A stretch of 64,000 nucleotides of DNA from NCBI GenBank assembly GCA_963769935.1, contig CAVYNY010000009.1, positions 256,001-320,000 on the forward strand. The letters run 5' to 3'. This DNA is from an uncultured delta proteobacterium. Its GTDB lineage: Bacteria; Desulfobacterota; Desulfobacteria; Desulfobacterales; JAFDCJ01. The notes beneath the pieces are model-generated. The model did no database searches and was not told the DNA's origin. It worked only from the letters and a program-made list of their open reading frames with translations. How positions within the stretch are numbered: position 1 is the first letter of the stretch; every line of letters begins with the position of its first letter. Positions 63,890 through 64,000 of the stretch are shown one piece after another. The position numbers were made by a program, and so were the translations under genes.

Positions 63890-64000
63890 AAATGAAAGAT
63901 GCTTTGCCGCTGAAAAATATTTATCATGGTGTAGTTATGAAAAAATTGATATTTTCGTCAAACAGTGCTAATTAATCTGCCCTGATAAGAAGCATTTGCA

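Overview
Chromosomal window from an anaerobic bacterium. Gene content suggests Desulfobacterota/Desulfobacterales (inference). Main result: the ORF track breaks six redox genes at in-frame TGA codons, each at a conserved Cys position and followed by a SECIS-like hairpin, so I read them as selenocysteine. Five are consecutive in one minus-strand operon, hdrA(U)-mvhD(U)-hdrA(U)-mvhD(U)-hdrD/CCG(U)-metV-metF (11.3-21.9 kb), a candidate selenium-rich electron-bifurcating methylene-THF reductase complex, with a second metF transcribed divergently. The sixth is a membrane-anchored RnfB::GltD-like fusion next to a bifurcating-type HydC/HydB pair that has no HydA in the window. The hyd accessory genes and MTA-salvage genes look interleaved by a 3.5-kb inversion. 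The left end is a decayed toxin-antitoxin/defence region: vapBC, duplicated mazEF, and a deletion scar joining a phd antitoxin to a type I-F cas1. No CRISPR array was seen. The right third is a partly decayed PhoBR island with 11-bp-periodic PHO-box-like repeats upstream of several unknown small genes. Intergenic DNA is full of palindromic elements with 7-8-mer tandem-repeat arms, REPs and a MITE. Several single-base frameshifts (MATE, metV, rseC, phoR) are probably sequencing or assembly errors.
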